Shown piece after piece: positions 37,348 to 51,090 of a stretch of 64,000 nucleotides of DNA. Numbering within the stretch: the first letter of the stretch is position 1; every line of letters starts with the position of its first letter. A model generated the notes under the pieces. The model saw nothing but the letters and a program-made list of their open reading frames with translations, was not told where the DNA came from and did not search any database. Both the position numbers and the translations under genes were made by a program. The stretch is from positions 4,572,793 to 4,636,792 of the forward strand of contig MU058423.1 in NCBI GenBank assembly GCA_013265495.1. Direction: 5' to 3'. The DNA comes from Vicugna vicugna (Eukaryota).

Positions 37348-37690
37348 AAGAGGGAGGGATGAATAGGAAGAGCACAGGGGATTTTTACAGCAGTGAGACT
37401 GCTCTGTATGAAACTGTGAATTGTGGGCATAGGATTCTATGCATTTGTTGAAACCCATAGAACTATGCAACCTTAGTGAATGAGCATTAATGTAAACTAT
37501 GGGTTTTTATTAACAATTCTGCTATCAATATGGATTTATCAGTTGTAACAAATGCAGCACTCCAGTGCAAGATGTTAATGATGCAGAAAACTGTACAGGA
37601 GGATGGGGTAGAGAATATATGGAAATTCCCTGTGCTTTCTGCCCAGTTTTCCTGTGAATCTAAAAACTAAGGTTTATTAATTTAAAACAA
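37348..37690 (+). mobile_element. L1MC-type 3' end
   Basis: gagggatgaataggaagagcacaggggattttt...aacccatagaac...taatgtaaactatgg...ttgtaacaaatg...gatgttaat. Confidence 0.9.
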
Positions 37691-38139
37691 ATCTAGATTC
37701 TATCAGGAAGAAAATCACTTTGTATGTCGGGGGAGATATTTCGTAGGGATAAGATCTCATAACAACAGGTGAGAATGAGTCATGAAATGCTGTTTATTCT
37801 CTTAAGAAAAGCTCTTTAATGTCCATCTTCCCAGAAGACTTGTGTGGCCTGGGGAAATCCATTCATTTCCAGTAATTTATGATTTAACTGCAGACTTGTC
37901 AGTCTGAGTGAAAATTATCAGGCAGTTCTCTTATTAAGGAAAGTGTTCAGTAATGGAGAAAGACTGTGAGTCCATCCAAAAAGTCATTGGAGATTTTGTA
38001 CAAATATGTCAACAAAAGCAAATGTTTATTAAATTCTCACCAAGTGGCAAAGTCCATGAGTACATTAAAAGAAGTGTGAGACTTGGTTCTCAAGCAGTCT
38101 CAGTGATGAGATCAAATGTGTATGCATATGACGAAGAGC

Positions 38140-38419
38140 ACATTTTTCATTTAAAAATTAATTATTCAGTACTCATTAGGTGCCAGACATCACTGAAGTC
38201 CCCGAAGAAAAATCCCTACTCTATGGAGGTTTTAATGGCAAAATTTGGACAGAAAGGCAGGGTGAGAAATACATGAACAAAATAATCTTAGTTAGTAATA
38301 CATGCTATGAAAGGAATAAAATGGGGCCAAAGTAAGAGTAATTTGGAGTGAGAGCTGGTTTAGATTTGTGTTCAGGAAAGGCCTCCCAGAGCAGGTGACA
38401 CCTAGACTGGGATCTGAAT
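38140..38419 (-). mobile_element. L2 fragment
   Basis: tcaggaaaggcctcccagagcaggtgacacctagactgggatctgaa. Confidence 0.7.
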
Positions 38420-38803
38420 TGTTAAAGTGATTGTATGTTTGGATTACAGGCTACGTGGGCTGCGGTGAGGAGGAGATTTCTCATTTCCTTTTCTGATCCC
38501 TGTGCCCAGACAGGAGGAGACTGAAACCAGAACCTTCAGTCTCCCTCTTTGTCCCCGACTTTCTCCTTTTCATAGGGGAGAGGAGTGATTTATCTGATTC
38601 CTCTTGGTTTAATAATTTCCCTGGAATAAAGTTAACTCGTGGGAGGAATCACTGTGCCACAGCTCCCTTTCACGACCTAAGCCCAGGCGTGGCGATCTCC
38701 CTGGGTTGTCTCGGAGGAAGCACATCTCAGTGGAATCTTCCCTGCAATTCCCTCTGAGTGTCAGCTGCTCGCTTGGCCTCGAGCCTAAAAGCCTCATTAT
38801 ACA
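38420..38803 (-). mobile_element. Possible ancient LTR, family not recognised
   Basis: GC-richer block of about 380 bp with TG...CA ends (tgttaaag / attataca) abutting an L2. Confidence 0.35.
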
Positions 38804-39149
38804 CCATAGTTGGTCAATACAGTTTATACAACGCAGTTTGATAAGTTAGAACTTTATTTCTTATTTGGCTAGTAGAACTTCTGCATCTATTTCTGGAAAG
38901 GAGGAATGATAAGTGATGCCCTGCGTTCTGAGACTTGAGGGAAACTATTAAAGAAAAAAAATATTTTAAAAAATGTGGACAAGAAAAGAATGATTTAGAA
39001 CCATATAACACTTGTCTTCCTATTGTCTGTGAATACCTCACTGACACTGCGTTAACTGTCACACATTATGTCTATTACATTATAAAATACAACACTAGTA
39101 ATATGTTCTGAGGAAAAAAACTGTCCTTTGAAATGACTCTTCAAGACCA

Positions 39150-39280
39150 CATACTTCGAAGTTAGCCCAGGGTTTGTTTACTAGTTGTGTGTGAGCAAGA
39201 TACATAAGCCTCTTATTTATTTTCATCAGCAAAATGGGGATAATACTCTTATTTGGAAAGATTTTTGTGAGGATTTTTAA
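39150..39280 (+). mobile_element. MIR fragment
   Basis: ttactagttgtgtg...tttcatcagcaaaatggggataata...ttgtgaggatt. Confidence 0.7.
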
Positions 39281-39299
39281 TTGTCACGATTATCCAGAC

Positions 39300-39603
39300 A
39301 TTGCCTGATTGATTTTGGCACTAGCCACTGGCATTTCATTCAGCCTCTAACTCCTCCCTTCGACAGAGGTGGTGGAGGAGCGAGTCAGGGACTGAAAGTT
39401 CCAACCCTTTAATCCCAAGGTTGGGTCCCCTGACAACCAAGTCCCATCCTTAGGTGCTTTCCAAAAGTCCCCTTTTTAACATAACAAAAGACACCTTTAT
39501 ATCTCTCATCACTTAGGAAATTCTGATGGTTTTAGGAGCTCTGTGCCAGAAACAGGGACAAAGACCTGATATATGTATTTCTCATTATAAATCAAATATC
39601 ACA
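39300..39603 (-). mobile_element. MER21-like LTR fragment
   Basis: gactgaaagttccaaccc...ataacaaaagacacc...ggttttaggagctctgtgccagaaacagggacaaagacc...atatcaca. Confidence 0.85.
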
Positions 39604-40599
39604 TTATCCTTACCCCCATTCTGCAGATGAAAATAACTGAAAAGTGTAAAGGTAAAATGATCTATTCCTATCCACGGGGTTTGGAGGGTAGCAGCAGACA
39701 GACCTGAGTTTAACCTTAAAGCTTATTCAGGCAGGACACACAACAACAAATTTGAATTTTTCCAAGTTGCTTTTAGCGCAGTGCTGGTCCCCACATACGA
39801 AACAATCCCTGGATGTTTTACACTTGTTAATACGCATTTCATGCTGCAGTTGGAAGAGGAAAGTGCTGGAATGATACAAATGGAGAATAAGAAGTGTCGG
39901 AATGTTATTTTAGAAACATAGTAATGTGAGTGAGGGAGAGAAGTGGCTCTATAGTACAGCTCAAAAAATACGCACACAAGCGTGGTGTATTATTGTGTGC
40001 CAGCCCGTCTGAGCCAGAGATAAATCCCCAAAGTAAGTAATGCATTCCTTTTCCTATTGCTTTAGGATCAATATTTATTAAATACTCAGAATTTTATAGA
40101 TGTAAAATTGTGGTACATACTATGTTTTTTGCCATGAAAGCTCCTACTTGCCCTTTATTCACTGAAGAATTCTCAGTAGTCTATACTGTAGTTTCCAGCA
40201 GCAAGCAATGCTGGTGTTTTCCTCTAGACTCCTGGCCTTAAATTCCAAAGTGTCTAACCAAAAGAAGAAAAATATGATTATCTTTGCAATAGAATATTAC
40301 TGTAAATAGGCCAAATGTTTTAAAGAATTATCTTTTGGAGAGAGAAATTGGGGGAAGAAAAACAGTGACTTGAGATAAACACTTACAACGAAGGTACACC
40401 TTTGGTCAATCATTTTGACCCTGTTATCATGTACTTGCACATTTTCTAAATTCTCTCTGAGTCTAGGTTGGCTCTCAGGCCTGCCTGGTCTCAGAGATGG
40501 CAGTCACAGCTATGGAATTCCACGCATGCTGAGTTCGTGCTGAAGGTCTGCAAAGCACATTGCTTAGTACGATAAACAGAAAAATTAGTAATATTAAGA

Positions 40600-41000
40600 A
40601 AGTTCTTTTGGTGAAGACCGACTAGTTGTTTTAGAACATCTTTCTCTTTCATCCTGAGTCCATAGACTGACTCTGTTTCCTAGTTTCCCTTGGGTACATA
40701 TGGTCCAGTGACTGAATTCTGCCCTCTGGAATGTAGACAAGACAAAGAGATGTCACTTCTAGCCTTGGCTTATGGAAATCTATGTGATCCTCGCCTCTCT
40801 CTTTTTCCTTCTGCTGGTTGAATGAAGAGGGTGCTGAAGCCTTAAAGGTGAGAGAGGTCACATGCAGAGTGACCCTGGCTTCCTAAATGGTGACATAGAC
40901 AGAGCAACACCTAACACCCAATACCCACTGGACTTTATGTGAGAGTGACATTAACTTCTCTTGAACGAAAATCTCGCAGACTTGGGATTAATCTGTTACC
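40600..41000 (+). mobile_element. MaLR LTR (MLT1J/H-like)
   Basis: gtgactgaattctgccctctggaatgt...gtcacttctagccttggc...ggactttatgtgagag...aacttct...tgttac. Confidence 0.75.
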
Positions 41001-41428
41001 TGTGGCAGAAGGTGGTCCTTCTTCAGAAACGAAGGACTTATTCCCAGGGAGGGCTGCTATCAGACAGCCCCCTCCCCCCACAACCATCAGCCACCTTTGA
41101 GGATACGCAGGCTGAAGAATTTTGTCTTGCCAAAGATTATGCTCTCTTCTGGGAGTGGGTTTTATCCAATTACAGCTGAACAAGCCGGTACAAAAGTTTA
41201 TGGCCTCTCAACTCAACTAGGGATAACTCTAAAAAGGCCATCTCAGCAGCAGAGCCCCCGAGAAGCGGGCCGAGGACTTTGCTGAGACTTCATTACAGAA
41301 CAATTTCTTCTACCCAGCTGTGCTTCCTTCTTTTCTCTTCCACAGTTGTTGAAGCCAAGAACAGTCCTTTTATAGGAATATCCTGCATATCAACCTCCAT
41401 CTGACTCTGCAAGGAGATCATGGCAACA
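41001..41428 (+). mobile_element. ERVL LTR16-like LTR
   Basis: caactagggataactctaaaaaggccatctcagc...tgcttccttcttttctcttccacagttgttga...atcctgcatatcaacctccatct. Confidence 0.8.
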
Positions 41429-41619
41429 AAAGCATCTCAGATACACATGCCTTTTATGTGGGTCTTGCACCTTTTTCCACATGGCATCTCTTTGCATAGC
41501 AAGGATTTTAACGCTTACAAATCTTTCCTGCCTTGGGCTTTGTCACACAAATGAAAAATTGAAATGAAAAATGAAATAACTTAGTTCAAAATTAATTCTA
41601 GAGAATGTGTTTATTGGTT

Positions 41620-41840
41620 TCAGATCAGACTTTAGTCTTTGGCTGACCCGATTCAAAACCCAGATCTCTTACTTGCTAGTGTGAGAAATTTTGATGCTTC
41701 TTAACCTCCATGATCTTCTGTGTCTTCATCTATAAAATGGGATAATATTAGTATCTATTCACAGGGTTATTGAAAGGATTAAATACAACAATGTATTCAG
41801 GATGTAATATATATGCTTAATAATGGTAGGTTATTATAAT
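41620..41840 (+). mobile_element. MIR SINE
   Basis: cttaacctccatg...cttcatctataaaatgggataatattagtatct...agggttattgaaaggattaaat. Confidence 0.85.
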
Positions 41841-41949
41841 CTAATAACTTGAAGCCTCATTTAGTCTTACTGACTATACTAAAGTCACGCTTGACTAACT
41901 TGCTGGCCAACTGCGCGACTCGGGGCTCTACCATCCTGGAGTGCTCTTC

Positions 41950-42232
41950 TGCTTTGCATGTTCTACTCATCCTTCAGGGTCTACCCGAATTGCATCCTCC
42001 TTAGAAATTCTAAGTACCTCTATCTGAGTAAAATATCTCCCTTTTCTGAACTCTCCTATCCATTTGCCTTCACTTCTCTTAGGACATCTACATGTCATCT
42101 CTGCCACTAGATTGTAAGCAGTTCAAAGTCAAGTCTCATGTCTCATTTATCTCTACATTTGCTTAAGCCCTAGCACAATTCTTTGCATGAAGAGCTCAAT
42201 AAACATTCATTGCCTAATTGCATGAATGAATT
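41950..42232 (+). mobile_element. L2 3' end
   Basis: cactagattgtaagc...cctagcacaatt...gctcaataaacattcattg...atgaatgaat. Confidence 0.8.
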
Positions 42233-42489
42233 AGGTCAACATAACATCTTCACCTCAAATTTGCATATATGGGAAATGAAATTCCAACCCATGATTATCA
42301 AGAACATGGTCTTATATCAGAGTTGCCATGTTGTATAAGATACCATGGTTTCCAACAGAGATGATTCTCACAGACAGAATCTCAGCAGACTGCTGTTTTA
42401 TCTTTTTATAGAGGGAATCAAAATGCAGCTAAAGTTAGAAGTAAGCAAAAGTGAAATATCAGTAAAGTCATTTATTTACTTATCAAATA

Positions 42490-42690
42490 CTTTAAAAAGC
42501 CTATACTAATTATAATGGCACATTTTTCTAAGAACTGTATAAATATTAAATTATTTCGTCTTCATAACAATCCCGTGAAGTCGGTGCTGTTGTTAGCCTC
42601 CTTATACAGATGAACAAAGGGAGGTGCGGAGAGGTTGCGTAACTTGCTCAAAAATACCCAGACAAAAAAGGGCAGTACCAGGTACTAAAG
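42490..42690 (-). mobile_element. MIR SINE
   Basis: cttcataacaatcccgtgaag...atacagatgaacaaagggaggtgcggagaggttgcgtaacttgctc. Confidence 0.8.
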
Positions 42691-43199
42691 TCTGTTTCAC
42701 TCTGCTGCCTTCTACCTGTTTGGAATCAACCTCGCTGCCTCTATCAAGGCTTGCTGCTACTTCCCCTGCTTTTGTCTCATGCTAAAATCATTTTTTTCCC
42801 CCTGCTGGTAAAAATTATATACCAAGTACTGCACATGGGTTCCTGATAAGAAGAGTTTATCTTTTCTGTGATTGGTTTATAAAAATCAGGAAAATGACCA
42901 AACAAAAGGAGTTCCTGGGACACTAATCAGTGCCAAGGGCACAGTATACAGGCTAAATAAATGTTTCTTAAATGAACAAATTAGACATGAAGAGATTGTG
43001 TTCTTGTTAGTGAGCCATAGAGCAATCCCAGATGTATTTGGGTAGTTAGCTACAGACCCATATGCTTAAAATTTTATGCCTTATTAAAAAAAAGATAAAT
43101 CAATGGACAGTGTGCTCAGAGTTTAGAAATACCTTTTGTAAGGCTCAATCTAAAAATGCACTTGTTTTTATCACTATGTAAGAGTTCAGAAATCCCATG

Positions 43200-43660
43200 T
43201 CTAAGAGGACTCAGACTTCTCAGGGAAGAGGTGTTTCTCTTCTGTAACTGATAATACAACTACAGAACGACGGCTTTTAACCATTCCAGAAGAAATTACA
43301 GCTACAGGAGAAACAGAAAGTGGCTGATTCTTCATAGTATAGTGCTCAGGGAATAAAGGAATTCCCAGAAGGATATGTACAGTACGACATACTTTTTACA
43401 CAGTTCAAAAGCAAAGTATATGTCTCTATTCAATAAAGGGGAATCAACAAGGGAATGCTAAAACCAACAAGGGAATGATAAAAACAAAATTCAGTATAAA
43501 GGTTAGTCTGGCACAGTGGGGGAGGGGCGATGTGGAATAAGAAATAATACAGAGATAGATACAAGCCGTTGGTGATATTCTATTCATAGGTGGTTTCATA
43601 GGTTCATAGAATTCCATTCAGTAAATAAGCAAATAAACAAACTTTAAAAAGGCATTAATG
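43200..43660 (+). mobile_element. L1ME-type 3' end
   Basis: gaaggatatgtacagtacgacatacttttt...caagggaatgataaaaacaaaattcagtataaaggtta...ttggtgatattct. Confidence 0.7.
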
Positions 43661-43917
43661 ACCAATGATGGTAATGTTCATCAGCCAAAGATCATTATTA
43701 ACTTATTTCTATGCCATGATATAATAACAATAAAAAGTAATCTATCTTTAAAATAGATTTATAAATATATTATAAATCATATTTAATAGATTTTTGAATG
43801 TGTTGGGGGCCCATAAAGCTAAGAGAGGTCAGGCTTTTATCAATTTTAGTGACTAATGACAAATTTGAGTGGAAGGGTGGGGTGACTTGATAGAGCCTAG
43901 ACAAAGGAAGTGGAAGG

Positions 43918-45640
43918 TTTTATTCATTCCTTTACCTGTCAATTTATCAACGCAGCCAACTAAGCACTAACTACTGTTCTGTAACAATTCTGTGGACAGT
44001 GGATGAAGTGAGCGATATATATAGATGACTACAACTAATTCATTTATTCCTTCTATCCATCCATTCAGTCTTTATAGACGATATGTTATATAATAGACAG
44101 TTACTGGGGTGCTGGTCATACCATGGTTAATGACACAGACTGTCTCTGCTTGCGCTATGTTGGTTAAGGCAAATAACTTTTAGGTAATTACTGTAAAGTG
44201 TGCTGAGTGTTATACTAGAAGAACCACAGGGTGCTAACAGAAGGCCATGGAACAGAAAGGACAAGAACATGACTATTTACCTTAATACCTATGAAAATCC
44301 CAAGAGAGGTAATGTAGAGTGGGGTCTTAGAGGCTGAATAGGAGTTTATCATGTAGAGATGAGAAAGGATAGTCCAGGTAGATGGACCAGAATGTAGAAA
44401 ACATGAGAATAAAACTAAAAAGTGGTAGGTTGCTTTTAGAAAAAAAAACCCAAATAGTTTGATATAACTAGAACATGGAACACATTGGAAAGAAGAGTTC
44501 TGGTAGAAGATGAAACTGGAAGGAAGATTTAGGGGCACATTTTTGAAAGATTATATGCTGCCCTAAAGGACTGCATGCCATGCTAGATAGATGAACTTTG
44601 TTTTATAGCAATAGAGAAATACAGATATTTATGTTGTAGAAAGAAAGAGTAGGGAGAAACAGAGACAGACAATTCATTTAGGAAGCACTGGAAATTATCC
44701 AGGCAAGAGTTGTAAATAATTCATATTTCTAGGTCTTTGAGACTGAAAGGATATATCCATAGAGTGAACAAAATTGTTCCTAACTTTGTAACAAAAAGTT
44801 TGTATCCCAATAAATCAGCTGTATGTGTCCTCATGTGTGTGTAGGGGAGAGAGGCGTACAGGTAGAGTGAAACAGATATTCAAAATAAAAAATTTAAGCC
44901 ACATTGCAAGCTAAATGCCTCTATAGGATCAGGGAGAGAAGTTTAGGATGGAAGGGATGATTTCAGTGCAAAGCTGAACTTCAGGTGAGAGAAGACTTAG
45001 GTAAGCCTTCAGGAAAGAGAAAGGATCCAGTGAACAGGGAGAAAGTGGAGCTACTAAGAAAGATGAGATAAATATGGAAGTAAAGTTTCTCAGGACCTGA
45101 AGAGAGTTGGAATTTATAGCTGTGGTGAAGGTGTTAGATAAAATAAAAGTCTTTCGTTCTTTTGAAGGTGAAAAAAAGGATGAGTAGATATGGATAATGG
45201 TCAGCATTTGAAGAACTGAGGTGCAGGATAGTTAGGGAGCTCAGAAGCCTTAACAAAGTCTGAAGTGAGGCCATCTGCTAAGAGGAAAGTGGTGAGATTT
45301 TAGATGTTAAAGAATTAGATGACTGGTATCAAGGGATCAATTGTAATCAAGTTTCTTGACAATCTGTGCTTGAATTATTAGCATCTCAGAGGCAGTAGGG
45401 AGAAGCAGGTTTAGTGAATGGGAGAAGAGGGGAGAGCACATGGCAAAGAAGTTATTAGAGGCCTATAAAGAAAAAAAAAACATGTGACAGAGAGGTCAAA
45501 GACATGGTCAAGCTCATACACGAATGGTGCAGGGTGGAGAAGCTGTTGGCTGATGGATGGAGGAAGCACAGACTGAGGTTGAAAGTTGAAAGTGTCATGA
45601 CATAGATGTAAATGTCAGTAAGAATGAAAGGAAAGATAAG
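43918..45640 (-). mobile_element. Long degenerate L2 region (several fragments)
   Basis: ttcattcc/ccatccattc tails; ggggtcttagaggctgaataggagttt; aattatccaggcaagag; purine-rich L2 ORF remnant further right. Confidence 0.6.
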
Positions 45641-45959
45641 GCTGTAGAAAATGTGTACATAGCTATACAATTAAAATTAGGTACTGTGGGGTTTAGGAAA
45701 TCATGGTAATAAAAGATGTTAAATGTTATAATAAATAAAAGATGTTACAATGTTAAAAGAACATTGTAAAATCCATTGGAATAGTAAAAGGAATGGTGGA
45801 TCACAAAATCTTTCAAAAGCTGAGAATAACTACTTACTTAAGCTCTGTTCGTATTCAGCTTCCTTGCTCCTCAACCTAGATTCATCTTCAGATAATCAAG
45901 ATAATGCATTTGCATGGACTTCTATTTTTTTTTCATACTTACATGAATAAAATGTATAT

Positions 45960-46965
45960 AATTACTTAGCTATGTGGTAAGTAGTATTGTTAACTACCTG
46001 TTTTAGGTACATTATGATCTTTGGTCCATAGAAGTCCTCTCCCTTGTTGAATTTATTTAATTTTTCCATTGTATCTCCATTCCCAACTCCCATCTTCCTC
46101 CCATTCTCTGCCCTAGGAAAAATTTCAAATTTCAAATTAGTCAACATGTGTCTTTTTGCTTGCAAGTACTCTTGCAAAATGTGTATTGTCGTCTTCTTGT
46201 ATATAATTTGCATAATTGCCATTATGTAATACATTTTGTTCAGCCTTCTTTTCACTCTGGGTGATGCCCTTAAATCCGTCTATATTGTTATGATCATATC
46301 TAAGTCGTTGCTTTTAACTGCGCATTGAACTCCATCGTGTGCCTTCAAAACATTTTACCTAATGCTCTTCCAGGAATGCGCACACAAGTTTGCCTTCACA
46401 AGTAACCTGCAGGGAGTATCCTTGTGCAGGGCCTCTCTGGGACTTCTGTGCAAACTCCTTTGGGGTATGTATCCAAAATAGAATTGGAAAGGAGAAGTTG
46501 TCCACATACTATTTTGACACGGTAGAGCCAGATTGTTCTCAGGAATAGCTGCTCTAGTTCACACTCCCCACAATAGTGCCTGAAGGTTCCAACAGGCCTG
46601 CATTAACTGCCAACACTTGGCATTGCCACCTTTCTAATTTTTGCTGAGCATTAGTTCCTACTAAGGTTTAGATTGACTCCTTGTGGCTTTAATTTATATG
46701 TTTGCTTACTAGAATGTTGTAGCATCTCTTCATATACTTCATGGATGTTTGGATTTTTCTCTTCTCTGTTACTTGTATCCATTTTTCTTTTGGAGTTACT
46801 TTTTTTTTTTTCCCTAGCTAATTTTCAGGAATTCCTGGTGTATTCTGCTTAAAAATACCTTGTCAGTTTTGGACATTACAAATATGTTTTCCCATTTTGT
46901 CATCTTTTTCTTTACTTTCTATGTAGTATTCTTGTTGAACAGAAATGTTTAATTTCAGTGCAATC
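45960..46965 (-). mobile_element. L1ME-type fragment
   Basis: gccagattgttctc...cacactcccacaatagtg...caacacttggcattg...ctttatgtagtattcttgttgaacagaaatgtttaattt. Confidence 0.8.
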
Positions 46966-48044
46966 ATGCTGGAAGAGGAATAGGTCTATAAAGTTCTCTG
47001 CTTCTCTCGAATTTAAATTTTTGAACTTAGGGACAATAAAATTCAGTGGGTTTTTGAGGCACACTGATGACAGCATGAGCTGCTTCTGAAATTTCATGAC
47101 TGGTTGCTGAGTCCTTTACCTTTAAGAGGCCTGCTTTTAAAACAAAACAAAGCCAAACCAAACTCTTCTTTGAAATCTATGAGATACGATTCTTTTAGTA
47201 AATTCTCTTCTTGGTGAAGTAAGCCAGAGTTTCTCTATTGCTTACAGTCATAAGAACCTTCACTAATGCAGTCGATGTGAAAACTGAATGACAAAATGGC
47301 ATTCTCAGGCTCACAGTTCATAAAACGGGCAAACCTTTGTGAGCTATGAATTTCCGACCACCAAGAGGTGGTTCCCTTATAACCTATCCAAATGAACAGA
47401 GAACAAAATGGTGTATTCTTATATGGTAAAGCTTCTATTATTGATAGATGAATGAACTTGCCACCCTGTTCCATAATTACATTTAGTTATAGAAATATAC
47501 AATCATAAGAACATGACAGTTTGGTCATTCAGTAGCACTGAATACATTTTAAAGGATGGACTTTAAAATAAAAATCTAAAGGTCTCTCTTAAGAGAACTC
47601 TAAATAAGCTAAGTTTTCTCATTTTTTGGTGACCTATTAATCTGGGAAGCACTTGACTCATCAGCTGCATTTTTCTAAATATGGATGTACTTAGACAGTA
47701 AAAACATCCTCTTCCCAGCAAGAGCTTTGTGTCCTATCAAAGGATCAATTATGCTTCTGCAAGGGGGCAGTGCATTACTAAATAATGTCAAAAATGTGAT
47801 TGCCTTAGAGAATACAGACAGAGCAATGTTTATGTAAGGAGTGCTCAAGGAATGCAGCTTTTTTGTTTTTTCGAGTTTCTATTCTTTAACTGGTAATTGA
47901 AATATGCCTAGATCCTAAAATAGAGATTCCTGAGAACAGATGTGATTATAATTCTGTCAAGGACAACAGTTTGGATTTTTGTTACATTACAGGAAATGAA
48001 TCTTTCAGGTCAGTGTGAGTGAGAATTCTTTTACTGTTTTATTG

Positions 48045-48145
48045 CAGTACTTCTCAAACTTTGCTAGTCATAAGATTTTGATTCCAGAGTTCTGGGGAAG
48101 GCCCTGAAATGTGTATGTTCAACCAGTGCCCCAGGTAGTTCTTAG
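48045..48145. mobile_element. MER5A-like fragment
   Basis: cagtacttctcaaactt...tctggggaaggccctgaaatgtgtatgttcaaccagtgccccaggtagttct. Confidence 0.65.
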
Positions 48146-48399
48146 GAAGTTGGTGCATACCCTGTCCAGGGGGAATTATGTTTTAGTCGATCAGAATAAC
48201 ACGGAAAGAAACTGAGTGGAGTGAATGTCTTCGGGAAGTTTATGATACAAACTATTGTGAATTTGTTAAATCTATCTAGAACTTTAGAAAATAGCCTTTG
48301 CTGATAATTTGCAGTACATCAAGTGACTCACCTATAAATATAACACAGGGTTGCTGGGGAAATTAGATGAGGTGGTGTGTGTAAAGCCCTGATTTTTGT

Positions 48400-49400
48400 T
48401 CACTTTTTCACTTAGCAAACATTGATTGAGCCCCTAGCATGTTAAAATCAGCTTGGAAGGTACAGGGCATAGAGAGATTGTAAAATGCAGTCCTTGACTT
48501 CAAGCAGTTCATGGTATATTAGACAAATGCATAATGAATAATTGTGATTATGTTGAGATGAGGATAATTCCATATATGGTAGCATTCTTTGGTAGAAAAA
48601 GCAGTATTCAGTTGTATCAGAATGTAAGCCCCTTTCATTAACTCAGTAGATATTTATCAATTAACTTGCTATGTCTGAGGTGCTGTGAGATGTAAGTACT
48701 ACAGCTGTGACTTAGACAATAGCCCCCGTCCTCATGACAGTTACAGTCTAGTAAGTTACAAGCACTGAAGAATTAATTAAGGAAATGAAAATGTAGTATG
48801 AAGAGAGCTATGACTGTAGGAACATAGCATGTTATCACGTTATGGGAAAATGAAAGCTGTACTTTGGAGTATAAGGATAGATAGGTTGATAACTGAAAGA
48901 TGAAAAGGGTTCAGGCAGACAAAGAGGGAAATAGGGTAGTTTATAGAGAAGGAATATCCTAGAAAACCTGGCAGTGAAGGAGAGGATGGCATTGTTGACG
49001 AACTGAATGTGGGGCTGAAGCCCAGCATGAGAAGAACATCACATTGAGAGTGAATGCTGGAGGGGTTAGCAGGAGTCAGGAGTGGTGGATCATGTTGAGC
49101 AATCTGGACTTTATTCTCCAAGCTGTGACAAACCACTGAAAGGCATTTTGCAGAAGAGGGACACGATCAGATTTATGTTTTTAAAAAAAAGATTTATGTC
49201 CAGTGTAGAGGACAGATTTATAGCGGGTTAAAACTGCAGGTAAGGGGATAGGATAGACTGATATAATAATTAAGTTGAGAGGAGATGGAGACCTGAATTG
49301 GGTAATTTGGGGACATAAGAGAGTTGAGCATATCAGAGAGAGATGAAGCAAGCAGAGTCAATGGCACTTGGATATTTGCGTTCTGAGACTTGTGCAGTGA
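48400..49400 (-). mobile_element. L2 fragments
   Basis: aaacattgattgagcccct...; cattaactcagtagatatttatca...tggactttattct...gacacgatcagatttatgttttt. Confidence 0.8.
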
Positions 49401-49509
49401 AAAGCACATAGATGGCTCTCAAAAAAAAAAAAAAAGGTTTGTTGGATGAGTCAGGAGAGTACTTCACAAAGGAAATCATAGAACTGGGTTGTGACGAATC
49501 TTACCTATT

Positions 49510-50540
49510 GGATACATTTTCTGGATTTTCAACCAGGTCTTCAAACTCAGTGTTTCTGTAATTGCATCTATTTCTGCCCATGGAATCTACTCCTCATCTT
49601 GCCATTATTTTCTGGCCTGGGCATGAATGCTTTTCTCCTAACCCAAGGCTAGGAATCATTTACCTCTGCCTCTCCAGTTCCTAACACAATGCTTTGCCCA
49701 GGTAGGCAAACATATTCCATAACTTCTGGTTGAATAAACAACTCCTGTGACTTCACCCAAGCTCAAACCCTCACCGTGAATGAAACATACTTGCTCACAT
49801 CAGATCAGTGGTCCAGTGACTGAGCCTGTCTTGCAATATTTCCTGAATCTACCCCTCTTCTCTATTGCTGTTTCTTTGTTTTTGTGGATACAGGCAAGAT
49901 TCTCTTCCTATGTCTCTTTACCTCCAAGCTCTTCAATCCATTCTCATCTAGTTGCCACATAAATCTTTCCAAATGACAATTTCTGTCATGGCTCTCTTCT
50001 ATTCAGAATGTTCAGGGACTCTTCCTCACTATGCTAGCCTGCCCCTCACGACCCTCCTTTATTTCCCTTCTCATTTTCTCTTCCTTTCCCCCTCTTACTC
50101 TCCCCTCAACCCCCACACACCACTCTACTTCAGCCATAATGGGATTACGGTTCCTCAAAATGCCCTACATTTTGGCACATCTGTATTTTGACTCATGTTG
50201 CCTTTTGCTTGGAAATCTCCTCATTTCTCCAAGTCTATCCTCCCTTCAAAGCCTCGGTCCAAACCTTACCTTTTCCTTGGAACCTTCTGAGGCTTTCTCC
50301 CACTAGCAATGACCACTCTTCTCCAAGCCTCAAGGACATTTTAATTTGCTCGTGCCTTACGGTTCACACCACTTTCTTTCTTTTGAGTGGTTGTTTGCAT
50401 TTACGTTCTCCTTCCCTTTATACACTGTAAACAGGATGTGGCTTGTGTGTGTTTTTGTGTTTGCTGACATACTGATATCTAGTCTGTTCCCTTATAAACG
50501 GACTATACTCAGTAAACCTTTTTTTACTGAATGAATGAAC
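49510..50540 (+). mobile_element. L2 fragments
   Basis: aatctttccaaatgacaatttctgtcatg...aaccttaccttttccttggaaccttct...ttactgaatgaatgaa 3' tail. Confidence 0.8.
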
Positions 50541-50599
50541 AAATATCCAAAATCAACTCCTGGCTAAACCCAGGGAACTATTTTGCCATTCTCCTTGTA

Positions 50600-50780
50600 A
50601 TTTTATTCTCAAAAAGGGCTATGATTGTCCCCTAGTGAGAACTGAGAAGTGAGTAGAAATGTTTTGAATGTGACAGTATCTAGGAAAGGGTCCCTACTGA
50701 CACTCAGTGGTTAGGGGCCAGCGTTGCTAAATTTTCCCAGGCACTCTGAACAGTCTTGTCCACCTCTGTTGAAAAACAGT
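50600..50780. mobile_element. MER20-like hAT remnant
   Basis: ttctcaaaaagggctatgattgtcccctag...ctactgacactcagtggttaggggccagcgttgctaaa...gttgaaaaac. Confidence 0.65.
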
Positions 50781-50924
50781 TACAGGCTTTGAGTTTTAGT
50801 GTATGACAGTTCTATTCTTGGCTTTTCTTTCTTGGATTTTGGCCACATAATTATGTTAAGAATTTGATTTGATGGTTGAAATAAGAGGTATAAAGCATCT
50901 AGGTTACTTTGCAAAATAAGCTTG

Positions 50925-51090
50925 CAGTCAGTGATAGCTCTTACTGTCAGTTCCTTACCTAGAAAATGAGGATAATGATAATATTAAGAGGATTAAATAT
51001 GTTAATGCATAGGAAGCTCTTTAAGTAATGCCTGGCATCTTGTAAGAGCTCTATAAACATTAACTATTATCATTATTATTGTTATTCTAT
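50925..51090 (+). mobile_element. MIR SINE
   Basis: aaaatgaggataatgata...gaggattaaat...tgcctggcatcttgtaagagctctataaacattaactattat. Confidence 0.85.

Noticed and set aside
47357..47372. accacc-aaga-ggtggt palindrome as a CTCF site
   Set aside because: Several mismatches to the CTCF core; a short palindrome is expected by chance
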